Source: an uncultured Bacteroidales bacterium (GTDB taxonomy: Bacteria; Bacteroidota; Bacteroidia; Bacteroidales; FEN-979). From it: 64,000 bases of DNA. The notes under the pieces were generated by a model. It saw only the letters and a list, made by a program, of their open reading frames with translations, was not told where the DNA came from and did not search any database. Made by a program: the position numbers and the translations under genes. The stretch is from the NCBI GenBank assembly GCA_963800585.1, contig CAWDBP010000007.1:371770-435769 (forward strand), read 5' to 3'. Each line of letters begins with the position of its first letter. Position 1 is the stretch's first letter. Shown one piece after another: positions 47,786-56,477 of the stretch.

Positions 47786-47793
47786 CAAAGATA
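47786..47793 (-). promoter_or_regulatory. Bacteroidota -7 promoter box (TATCTTTG) for fba
   Basis: CAAAGATA on the + strand is an exact TAnnTTTG on the minus strand, 24 nt upstream of ATG 47762. Confidence 0.45.
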
Positions 47794-47815
47794 AGCAAAC
47801 TAAAAAGCAGTGAAA

Positions 47816-48856
47816 CTAAAATATTTTCTCTCTTTCTTTCCTGTAAAAAAAAACAGTTTTCTCCAAGGCTTCTTTAGCATTGTATTTTGGGGAAAATCCA
47901 AAATCTTTTTCAGCTTTTTGTGAGTTGAAAGTGAAATCCGTACAGGTATAAGTCACCGCGAAACGGCTCATTCTCGGCGTATATCGTTTAACAGGTCTTA
48001 CGATAAGTGCAACAAGTTCTGATAAAACTCCAAGCAACATTGAAAATCCCTTTGGCAGCCATAGATTCTTCGGCCATATTTTATAACCGGCTTCTTCAAT
48101 GATCCGGTCATAGAAAGAAAAAAAATTAGATCCCGGACCATCGGTAATAAAATAAATATTGCCGGCCACGGAGTTATTATTTGAAAGCAACGCCTGAACA
48201 GCAATAATATGTGCATAGGCAATATTGCCTACATATACGTGCTGGCATTTAGATTTCCCGTTTCCTAGACGGACATAGAATCCTCCTTTGACCATATCCA
48301 GGAGGGAACCAATGTGATAAGGATCTCCTTCCCCATATACATCGGCCGGCCTTAGGATGCAGGCTTTCAAGCCATCACCGGAACAATCAAGTACAAGATT
48401 CTCGGCTAAGTATTTACTGGTACAATAGCTTGTTGAATGTTTTGTAGGATAGGGAATACTTTCGTCGATATCAACCAATGGCTTCCCACTGAAAACTGCA
48501 TCAAGCGAACTGGTAAAGACAAGGACTTTTACCTTTTGTTCCTTGCATGCCCTGATTATATTTTTTGTTCCCTCAACATTGACCGACAGGATTTCTTCTT
48601 CCGATTTTGTTCCCCAGTCGACAATAGCAGCAGAATGAATCACAACATCTATGTTTTTGCATGCCACAGATACTTTGTCATAATCCCTGACATCACTCTG
48701 GACCATTTCGATACGCGGATCCATCAATCTCTGGTACTTGTCGAGGTCAAAGATCCGTATGAGGTCAGGTTTAAATGGGCAGGCAGGATCGGTAAGTTCT
48801 GCGACAATTGCTTTCCCCATAAAGCCTGAACCGCCGGTAAGAAGGATGTTTATCAT
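47816..48856 (-). CDS. NAD-dependent epimerase / 3-beta-hydroxysteroid dehydrogenase family protein
   Basis: Rossmann motif LLTGGSGFMGKA and catalytic YCTSK (YxxxK). ATG 48856 (MINILLTGG) was chosen. Confidence 0.85.
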   Translation of the reverse strand: MINILLTGGSGFMGKAIVAELTDPACPFKPDLIRIFDLDKYQRLMDPRIEMVQSDVRDYDKVSVACKNIDVVIHSAAIVDWGTKSEEEILSVNVEGTKNIIRACKEQKVKVLVFTSSLDAVFSGKPLVDIDESIPYPTKHSTSYCTSKYLAENLVLDCSGDGLKACILRPADVYGEGDPYHIGSLLDMVKGGFYVRLGNGKSKCQHVYVGNIAYAHIIAVQALLSNNNSVAGNIYFITDGPGSNFFSFYDRIIEEAGYKIWPKNLWLPKGFSMLLGVLSELVALIVRPVKRYTPRMSRFAVTYTCTDFTFNSQKAEKDFGFSPKYNAKEALEKTVFFYRKEREKIF

Positions 48857-48883
48857 TAAAATAAAGTTTACAGGATGAGGCTG

Positions 48884-48891
48884 CAAAAGTA
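48884..48891 (-). promoter_or_regulatory. Bacteroidota -7 promoter box (TACTTTTG)
   Basis: CAAAAGTA on the + strand is an exact TAnnTTTG on the minus strand, 28 nt upstream of ATG 48856. Confidence 0.45.
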
Positions 48892-48956
48892 GGAAATTCT
48901 GATCTGTCCTGACCCATGTTGCAACGTGGCGCTATTTTTTTTACCTTTGTTGCCCT

Positions 48957-49030
48957 GGCTCCGTAGTTCAATTGGATAGAATATCAGATTCCGGTTCTGA
49001 GGGTTGGGGGTTCGAGTCCCTTCGGAGTCA
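48957..49030 (+). tRNA. tRNA-Arg (anticodon CCG)
   Basis: The 74-nt sequence GGCTCCG TA GTTC AATTGGATA GAAT A TCAGA TT-CCG-GT TCTGA GGGTT GGGGG TTCGAGT CCCTT CGGAGTC A folds as a cloverleaf with T-loop TTCGAGT. Confidence 0.9.
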
Positions 49031-49098
49031 CAAATCAGGTGCAAAGTGTAAAGTACAAAATAAAAAATAATGTGCACTTTACAGTTCAGATTTAAGGA

Positions 49099-49145
49099 GA
49101 AACCCGTTGTAATAAGGTAATTTACAACGGGTTTCTTTGTTCTTT
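49099..49145 (+). terminator. Strong hairpin terminator downstream of tRNA-Arg
   Basis: GAAACCCGTTGTA (49099-49111) pairs perfectly with TACAACGGGTTTC (49123-49135): a 13-bp stem with an 11-nt loop, followed by TTTGTTCTTT. Confidence 0.7.
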
Positions 49146-49202
49146 ACAAACAGGGGTTACCAATGAGGCCCCCTTGCAACAAAAATCAATGATGTTGCCA
49201 AT

Positions 49203-50375
49203 TTATTCGACTTCAACATCTGCAAATTCTTCCGCATCTGAATAAGCTACCTGGCGGTGGCCAAATAATGAGATCACTTTACCGGTAACCAGTCCAAGCC
49301 CGAGAGATAATATGATGGTCACAGTGATCCCTGTTAGTTGTGCTCCGGCGCTTAAACCGGAAACAACCGGAATAGCGATGAGTCCGCCAAAAAGGCCAGG
49401 GAGTCCGTGAAGATTACTTACACCACAAGTATCCACAGCCTTCAGAAACTTTTTTTGTTTTTCCTGAAGAACTGCAAATCCGGTAGTAGATATAGCTCCT
49501 GCCACAAGTCCGATTATCAGGGCAGTCATATGATTTGCATGGTCACAGGTTGCACCGATCGCAACACCACCGGCCAGGGCGGCATTTGCAATGTCTGCAA
49601 TGCTGATCTTTCCACGGATCCAGACAGATAACAGGTATGTAACGAGCGTAGAACCGCAAAGAGCAAGGAATACATTTATAACTGTCATCGGAATAGCTTC
49701 TGCCGGAACAAGGGCAGCACAGAAACTTGGCCAGAAGATCCAGAGGACCATACTTCCTATCATAGAGAACCGGTCGCTGGAATCATCAGATGTTATGGGC
49801 TTATCTATAGTTTCGGAGGACGTTAATGACATTGCAGCCCCGACTCCGAACAATGCACCAAAGGCATGAATGACAATAGATCCGCCTGTATCTGCAAATC
49901 CACTCTTTAACAATCCAAGCCCATTATCCAGGATAATCCATTCATTCAGCATGTAACAGGGAATGAAAAGCAATCCAAGGATGAGGTACTGATGCATCTT
50001 GATCCTGCCAAGCAAGGCTCCCGCTGCGATCAGCAAACTGGCTGCCCCGAACTCTGCAAGGATGAGACGCTGGATCTCTACATTGCTGCCATCACCATGT
50101 ATCAGGCTGCTTCCAGCCAAATATAATGGTAACGCTATACTTACAAGAAGAAATGTGGCCGTCAGGGCTGACCGTCCATAATTTTTAACAAATACCATCA
50201 GAAACCCAAAGCCCAGGATCAACATGGCCATAATATGAATGGCACGGTCATATTGCTGAAATTCAAGGATTGAAGTAACTTCGGTTTTTACATTTCCCTG
50301 CGCAAAGCCTCCGGCGGCCAAGCCAAGGAAAAGGAGAGAAAGGAATAATTTTAATGTAAAACTGCTTTTTTTCAT
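49203..50375 (-). CDS. Rh-type (Rh50-like) ammonium/ammonia channel
   Basis: 390 aa with a signal peptide and about 11 TM helices. The Rh-family strings are FADTGGSIVIHAFGALFGVGAAM, VLWIFWPSFCAA and VDTCGVSNLHGLPGLFGG, rather than the AmtB-type motifs. Confidence 0.8.
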   Translation of the reverse strand: MKKSSFTLKLFLSLLFLGLAAGGFAQGNVKTEVTSILEFQQYDRAIHIMAMLILGFGFLMVFVKNYGRSALTATFLLVSIALPLYLAGSSLIHGDGSNVEIQRLILAEFGAASLLIAAGALLGRIKMHQYLILGLLFIPCYMLNEWIILDNGLGLLKSGFADTGGSIVIHAFGALFGVGAAMSLTSSETIDKPITSDDSSDRFSMIGSMVLWIFWPSFCAALVPAEAIPMTVINVFLALCGSTLVTYLLSVWIRGKISIADIANAALAGGVAIGATCDHANHMTALIIGLVAGAISTTGFAVLQEKQKKFLKAVDTCGVSNLHGLPGLFGGLIAIPVVSGLSAGAQLTGITVTIILSLGLGLVTGKVISLFGHRQVAYSDAEEFADVEVE

Positions 50376-50489
50376 CTTTTATAGTGTTTAATGTGGGATA
50401 AAATCTCATCTGCTTTTCCACTCAATCACCCCAAAAAATAACTGAATGGAAATTACTTTACACCCTGGATTTGCGGGTGGGTATCTAAC

Positions 50490-50541
50490 TACGTAAAATA
50501 CGTAACTAATACATCTAGATCAGATACGTATAAAACGTAAT
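50490..50541. promoter_or_regulatory. Two 17-bp TACGTA-N3-ACGTAA units in the divergent Rh / hypothetical-gene promoter region
   Basis: TACGTAAAATACGTAAC (50490-50506) and TACGTATAAAACGTAAT (50525-50541) start 35 bp apart. ACGT cores are spaced 9 bp within each unit. A further TTTTACGTTA lies at 50715-50724. Confidence 0.35.
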
Positions 50542-50671
50542 TTCGTCGGCGAAAATACTTAAAATATTATTACCTTTTAAATAATACCGTTGAAAAAATT
50601 CAGAAAGAAATGAAAATATGGTCTTTTTGGAAGGCATAAATAAAAGCAGGTAGTTCAGGGAAAAAATATTT

Positions 50672-50679
50672 TATCTTTG
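50672..50679 (+). promoter_or_regulatory. Bacteroidota -7 promoter box (TATCTTTG)
   Basis: An exact TAnnTTTG followed by CAGG lies 76 nt upstream of ATG 50755. Confidence 0.45.
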
Positions 50680-50754
50680 CAGGACTTCGATTGCTTTACA
50701 GGTTAATAGGCTTATTTTACGTTATCTTTCAAATGACTTTTATTGTCTTGCCTT

Positions 50755-51576
50755 ATGTGGATTAAAATGTTCTTATTGATAATGGCTTTCCCGGTGATAA
50801 GTACACTGTGTTTGGCACGAACCTCCAATCATTCCGACAAAGGGAAAAAATATCCCTCCACTTATAAGGAAGGAATTGTAGTGAATGGAAATTCTTCGGA
50901 ATGGGAGAACTCACTATTCAGTTTTAATAAGGATGCACAGGTCAATTATTCAATAGTAAACGATTCCAATGCAATTTATATTTGTCTCCGGATAGCGGAT
51001 GAACATGCCCAGTTGAAGGCTTTGCGAAATGGGATTGAGATTCGTTTTAACAGCAGAGGGAAGAAAAAAGCAGAGGCCACGCTGCATTATCCTATCGGGG
51101 GCAAGACTGATATGGGAGGAAGGATGAACCAGGATGACAATCGGACCAGGAAAACGATGCACCTGATGTTTCTGCTGCAGATGCAGGATATGGAATTAAT
51201 TGGATTTAAAAATGGGTTCAATGGATTGCAGAGCACCAAATCGGGCAAAAACGGGTTTCTTGCAACTGTTAACTGGGATTCTACCAATGTACTGGTTTAT
51301 GAAGCCAGGATTCCATTCAATGCTTTTGCTACTGATATAAAGGCGGCAAATCCCCTGGCTGTTGGAATCATTATAAAAGGCGCTCCTAAACCACGCCAGG
51401 AAGACAGAGAAGGAGGAGCGCAAGACCAGGGACAGCCTGGAATGCAAGGTAGACAGGGACAAGGTCGTCCCGGTGGCATGGGAAGGGAAGGTTCGATGCA
51501 GGGTTACGGTGACAATATGAAGATTTTCGAAGATGATGAGATTTGGCAATCAATTGTGGTTGCTAAGAAAGAATAA
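50755..51576 (+). CDS. Secreted hypothetical protein with Gly/Gln/Arg-rich low-complexity tail
   Basis: Signal peptide MWIKMFLLIMAFPVISTLCLA. The C-terminal region is QDREGGAQDQGQPGMQGRQGQGRPGGMGREGSMQGYG. I recognised no family. Confidence 0.55.
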   Translation: MWIKMFLLIMAFPVISTLCLARTSNHSDKGKKYPSTYKEGIVVNGNSSEWENSLFSFNKDAQVNYSIVNDSNAIYICLRIADEHAQLKALRNGIEIRFNSRGKKKAEATLHYPIGGKTDMGGRMNQDDNRTRKTMHLMFLLQMQDMELIGFKNGFNGLQSTKSGKNGFLATVNWDSTNVLVYEARIPFNAFATDIKAANPLAVGIIIKGAPKPRQEDREGGAQDQGQPGMQGRQGQGRPGGMGREGSMQGYGDNMKIFEDDEIWQSIVVAKKE

Positions 51577-51618
51577 AATTAGCACTTCTTTAATCATGAT
51601 TCCTAATTTCTTATTCCT

Positions 51619-52596
51619 ATGACCTTGATATTAAACAAAGCCGATGTGGCATCAGTGCTTCAGATGAAAGATTGTATGCTTGCAGTTGAACAGGCATTTG
51701 CCGAACTATCCAATGGATCAGCAGTGCTACCATTAAGGATTGGCATTGCCCCGCCGGATGGTCTTTCTCTTTATATGCCTGCTTACCTGAAAAAAATGGA
51801 AGCACTGGCTTGCAAGGTGGTAACTGTCTATAAAAATAATCCTGTGAAACATAACATGCCGACCACAATTGGCAAAGTCTTGCTGCAGGACCCTGCTACC
51901 GGGGATGTGATATGCATTATGAATGGAGGTTATCTGACGGCTATAAGAACCGGTGCGGCCAGTGGAGTGGCTACCAAATTTCTTGCCAGGGATGAGAAGA
52001 ATCAGGTAGCAGGTATTTTTGGTGCCGGTGTTCAGGCAAAAATGCAATTATGGGCAGTATGTGAAGCACGGAATATTACCAAGGCATTTGTTTATGATAT
52101 CTCGGATGCTGCAGCAGATGCATTTATTGCAGAAATGGAGATAAAGTTAAACCTTGAGATCATCAGGTCAAAAACACCAGAAGAATTACTCCGGGCAGAT
52201 ATCATTTGCACAGCTACCTCATCACCTTCTCCTTTATTTGACGGGAATAAGGTTCGAGAAGGTACACACATAAACGGTATTGGCAGTCATACGTCAACCT
52301 TAAGGGAATTGGATACATCCATCGTTAAACGCTCTAAATTCATAGGAGATTCACGTGAAGCTTGTTTTAAGGAAGCAGGTGATATCATGATCCCGGTAAA
52401 TGCCGGTGAGATACCTGAAAGTCATTTTTATGCAGAACTTGGAGAGATCATTACGGGGCAGAAAAAAGGAAGGGTGAATGAAAAAGAGATCACGCTATTC
52501 AAATCCAATGGACTTGCCATACAAGATGTTGCTGCAGCCAAACTGGTTTATAACAAAGCTCTCGCGGCAGGTATCGGGATCAGGATCGAAATTTAA
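51619..52596 (+). CDS. Ornithine cyclodeaminase / mu-crystallin family protein
   Basis: 325 aa with N-terminal LNKADV...MKDCMLAVEQAF, Rossmann GIFGAGVQA, and TAIRTGAASGVATKFLA. Confidence 0.88.
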   Translation: MTLILNKADVASVLQMKDCMLAVEQAFAELSNGSAVLPLRIGIAPPDGLSLYMPAYLKKMEALACKVVTVYKNNPVKHNMPTTIGKVLLQDPATGDVICIMNGGYLTAIRTGAASGVATKFLARDEKNQVAGIFGAGVQAKMQLWAVCEARNITKAFVYDISDAAADAFIAEMEIKLNLEIIRSKTPEELLRADIICTATSSPSPLFDGNKVREGTHINGIGSHTSTLRELDTSIVKRSKFIGDSREACFKEAGDIMIPVNAGEIPESHFYAELGEIITGQKKGRVNEKEITLFKSNGLAIQDVAAAKLVYNKALAAGIGIRIEI

Positions 52597-52624
52597 TTCT
52601 AAATCCCTGCATTCCTTCATTCCT

Positions 52625-52632
52625 TACCTTTG
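52625..52632 (+). promoter_or_regulatory. Bacteroidota -7 promoter box (TACCTTTG) for the ABC-F gene
   Basis: An exact TAnnTTTG followed by CAGG lies 27 nt upstream of ATG 52659. Confidence 0.5.
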
Positions 52633-52658
52633 CAGGAAACAGAGCCGATTTAATCACA

Positions 52659-54528
52659 ATGCCCTCATTATTACAAGTTGAAAATTTATCCCGCTCCTAT
52701 GGGGAAAAAGTTCTTTTCCAGGATATCTCCTTTGTTATAAACCAGTACCAGAAAGTTGCCCTGATCGCCAGGAACGGAGCTGGTAAAACCACTCTTTTAA
52801 ATATTATTGCAGGTTTGGAGCCTTCCGATGGAGGTACGGTCAAATTTTTTAATGATGTTTCCATCGGCTACCTGAAGCAGGATCCTGAATTGAATGAATT
52901 TAACACTGTTTTTGATGAAGTTTATGAGTCGTCCAATGAGATTCACAGGACAATCCGGGATTACGGGAAAGCCATCCTTGGGGACGACAAAAAAGAGATC
53001 CAGAAAGTTATTGAGCGAATGGATGCTGTTGAAGGGTGGGAATATGAAACGCGGGTGAAGCAGATCCTTTCAGAATTAAAGATCACGGATCTTGAACAAA
53101 AAGTAGAGAAACTCTCCGGTGGACAGCGAAAAAGAATTGCCCTGGCAAAGACATTGATTACAGAACCTTCTTTTCTTATCCTGGATGAACCTACAAACCA
53201 TCTTGATATAAATATGATCGAATGGCTGGAAGACTACCTGACCCGTTCGCGCATTACCCTATTCATGATCACACACGACCGCTACTTCCTGGATCATGTA
53301 TGCGAAGAGATACTGGAATTGGATAATGCCTCCCTCTTTCGTTATAAAGGTAATTACTCATATTTCGTGGAGAAGCAGGCAGAGCGGAAAGAGAATCAAT
53401 CGAAAGAAATTGAAAAAGCCCGCAACCTGCTGCGAAAAGAGCAGGAATGGATGATCAGGATGCCCAAAGCGAGGACCACCAAATCAAAGGCACGTATCGA
53501 GAGTTATTATGACCTAAAATCAATTGCCGGCAGTAAGATCAGGGAGGAAAAAATCAATATGGATATTGGTACCGGCAGGATAGGGAAAAAGATACTTGAG
53601 ATGCGGCAGGTTTCTTTTAGTTGGAGCGAGGCAGCCTATCCTGCAGGATTTCTTTTATACCTTCAAGCGGAATGAGAAAATAGGCTTTGTGGGAAACAAT
53701 GGTTCGGGAAAATCAACCTTCCTTGAGATCATAACCGGTCAACTCCGGCCTTCATGTGGAAGGATAGAAAAGGGAGAAACGATAACCTTCGGGTACTATA
53801 AGCAGGAAGGAATCACTTTTAACGAGGATTCCCGGGTAATAGATGTGATAAGGGATATTGCTGAGGTGGTCACCCTGAGTAATGGTGATACTGTCTCGGC
53901 GGCAGCTTTTTTAAATTACTTTCTATTCCCTTATTCCACGCATTACCAGTTGATAAGTAAGCTTAGCGGGGGAGAAAGGAGACGATTGTACCTGGTTACT
54001 GTCTTAATGCGAAATCCAAACTTTCTCATCCTTGATGAACCTACAAATGACCTTGATATTTTTACCTTGGCAATTTTAGAGGAATATCTTTCTTCCTTCA
54101 AAGGATGTGTGATCATTGTGACCCACGACCGTTATTTTCTTGATGAGATCGTTGATCACCTGTTTGTATTCAAGGGAGAGGCCGTGATTAAAGATTTTCC
54201 TGGAAACTACAGCCAATACAATGCTTATCGTATACGTAGGGAAAGGGAAGAGAACAGATTGTTGCAGGCATCCCGGCAGAAAACAGAAAAGCCACAAATC
54301 GTAACCATACAATCCAATAAATTGTCCTTTAAAGAAAAAAGAGAATTAGAGTCTTTGGAAACGGAGCTTGCACGATTGGAAGAAGAGAAAACAAAAATCG
54401 AAATCACGCTGTCGTCCGGAATAATTTCCCAGGAAGAACTCTCAATGAAATCCGAACGATTTGCTTTAATTCTGAAAGAGATTGAAATAAAATCCGACCG
54501 CTGGCTGGAACTCAGTGAAAAAGGATAG
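52659..54528 (+). pseudogene. ABC-F family ATPase (two ABC domains) split by a frameshift near 53610-53630
   Basis: ORF1 (52659-53675) carries Walker A ARNGAGKTT, signature LSGGQRKR and Walker B ILDEPTNHLD. ORF2 (53596-54528) carries GNNGSGKST, LSGGERRR and ILDEPTNDLD. The two ORFs overlap by 80 nt in different frames, whereas ABC-F proteins are normally one ~620-aa chain. Confidence 0.8.
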
Positions 54529-54640
54529 ACTATCTCATATATGTTTGAAATTGATATTTTATGAATCGTTTCACCACTTCCTGAAATTGAAATGACTTAC
54601 TGTTCGATCTGAAGGAGGTAATTGTTGATCAAAGAAACGA

Positions 54641-54774
54641 TGTCCCTGGGACATTTGATGTAACAGTTATTGCTACATTCAGTGATCCGGAACAGATCTT
54701 TTGGAGAGGTGGAGTACAACAAGATTTAATACTGGTTGTACGTTACATCAAAAATTGGGGAATCCCAGGGCATC
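54641..54774 (+). other. ~134-nt imperfect palindromic / nested-stem element (candidate structured RNA or MITE-like repeat)
   Basis: P1 pairs 54641-54652 with 54764-54774 (11 bp, one bulge). P2 pairs TTTGATGTAAC (54655-54665) with GTTACATCAAA (54743-54753), 11 bp perfect. P3 pairs GTACAAC (54715-54721) with GTTGTAC (54736-54742). CTGTCTCTTTTTGG follows. Confidence 0.5.
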
Positions 54775-55029
54775 TGTCTCTTTTTGGTACTTTTAGATAT
54801 TTTTTGTTACTGTTAAAGTTTGATATTATTTTCTTTTGATTTTACGAAGGTCATTCCATCGTTGGATTCTGAAATGCAAACAATATGCCAATTGGACATA
54901 TGGAATATGCAATTAACTTCCTTATTAATTCATTTGGTTAAAAATCAAATTATTATAAAAAGTATTTTTTGTAATAATTTTTAAAAAACTTTAAAAGAAG
55001 TATCCGGAATCTGATTTTTAATAGCAATA

Positions 55030-55047
55030 TTCGCACAGGTGTGCGAA
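55030..55047 (-). terminator. Perfect 18-bp palindrome abutting the stop of the sigma-54 activator gene (weak terminator or operator)
   Basis: TTCGCACA GG TGTGCGAA lies 2 nt from the stop codon at 55049-55051. No T-tract follows on the minus strand, so terminator function is doubtful. Confidence 0.3.
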
Positions 55048-55048
55048 A

Positions 55049-56431
55049 TCAATCCTCTTTTTTGATCCTGATATTATGTTTTTTCATTCTGCGGATGAGA
55101 GAATCTCTTGTTATTCCCAAGGCCTCTGCGGCTGCTTTTTGGTTATAGGAATAATCCCTTAAAGCCTGCCTGAGCAATCGTTCCTCGAATTCCTTCATGT
55201 TCAGTCTTTCAATTTTATCGCTTGCCGGAGACACGAGGTTTGGTTTCAAGGTGAAATCCTTGATCGTCAGAAAATTCCCCTTTGAAAGAATAACTGCTCT
55301 TTCCGTCAGATTTTTTAATTCTCTAACATTTCCGGGAAAGGAATATTTTTTCAATCCTTCAACGACGTTTTTTTCTATTTTCAGTTGAGGTTTGTTCATC
55401 CTGATTGAGAATTCTCTAACAAAATGGACCAGTAAAGGTTCAATATCTGCAGGCCTTTCCCGCAGAGGCGGTATATGAATGTGCAGGGTGTTTAAACGAT
55501 GGATGAGATCCAACCGGAATTTCTTTTCACTTACAAGTTTGTCAACATCGTGGTTTGTTGCGGCAATTACCCGGAAGTTCACTTTAATTTCTTCTGTCTC
55601 GCCTACACGGGTAATTTTTTTTTCTTCAATAGCCCGGAGTATTTTAGCCTGAAGGCTAAACGGCATATCCGCGATCTCATCAAGGAAAAGCGTTCCTTGG
55701 TCTGATACCTCGAAAAAGCCCTTTCTATCGGTGATGGCTCCAGTGAAGGATCCCTTTTTATGGCCGAAGAACTCACTCTCAAGCAACGATTCCGTTATAG
55801 CACTGCTGTTCACAGCACAAAAAAGGTTGTCCTTCCGTTTGCTGGAATAGTGGATAATCCTGGCAATATTCTCTTTTCCGGTACCGCTTTCTCCTGTGAT
55901 CAGGACATTCGTATCGGGAAATTCCGAAGCAGTAAGTGCCAGTCCCAGTACTTCCTGGATCTTTTGGCTTCCCCCAATGAAATCCCGTTCAATCTTTTCT
56001 CCAAGTGCTTTTGAGATCAGGGAGTTTTTCTCCTCCATTACCTGTAATTTCCTTTTAAGGGCGAGAAATTTTTGAGTTCTTTCCATGGCGATTTGGAAAT
56101 CCAAATGCCTGAAAGGTTTACGAAGGTAATCTGTGGCTCCCAGTCGTAAGGCCCTGATCACGGATTCCATATCCCCATGTGCTGAAACAATAATGACCTC
56201 CAGTGTTGGATAGATTGTCTTTAACTCCTTCAGAAGATCCAACCCGTTTGTTCCGGGAAGACGTATATCCAGGATTAGTAAGTCAATCTCATGGCATTTC
56301 AGAATATTCATTCCTTGCCGTGCAGTATTTGCAATGTATACCTTATGTCCTTTCTTCTGAAGCATTTCATTCATTTCTTCAGTAAAACTCCGTTCGTCAT
56401 CAATTACAAGGACTGTTATTTTAGGTTCCAT
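55049..56431 (-). CDS. Sigma-54-dependent response regulator (REC - AAA+ - HTH, NtrC family)
   Basis: 460 aa. The receiver has DDE...DLLILDIRLPG...RKPF. The AAA+ module has GESGTGKE, GSFTGA (a GAFTGA-loop variant), ESEFFGH and LFLDEI. The C-terminal Fis-type HTH is AAEALGITRDSLIRRMKKH. Confidence 0.93.
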   Translation of the reverse strand: MEPKITVLVIDDERSFTEEMNEMLQKKGHKVYIANTARQGMNILKCHEIDLLILDIRLPGTNGLDLLKELKTIYPTLEVIIVSAHGDMESVIRALRLGATDYLRKPFRHLDFQIAMERTQKFLALKRKLQVMEEKNSLISKALGEKIERDFIGGSQKIQEVLGLALTASEFPDTNVLITGESGTGKENIARIIHYSSKRKDNLFCAVNSSAITESLLESEFFGHKKGSFTGAITDRKGFFEVSDQGTLFLDEIADMPFSLQAKILRAIEEKKITRVGETEEIKVNFRVIAATNHDVDKLVSEKKFRLDLIHRLNTLHIHIPPLRERPADIEPLLVHFVREFSIRMNKPQLKIEKNVVEGLKKYSFPGNVRELKNLTERAVILSKGNFLTIKDFTLKPNLVSPASDKIERLNMKEFEERLLRQALRDYSYNQKAAAEALGITRDSLIRRMKKHNIRIKKED

Positions 56432-56477
56432 CTAACAGGATTATTTGTAAACTAATAAATTCTATTTTGGTTTATTT

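Noticed and set aside
54604-54846. ~80-codon open frame (…DLKEVIVDQRNDVPGTFDVTVIATFSDPEQIFWRGG…) in the ABC-F/activator spacer.
   Set aside because: It has no ATG, GTG or TTG initiator and no recognisable motif, and it coincides with the nested-stem palindromic element, which explains the sequence better.
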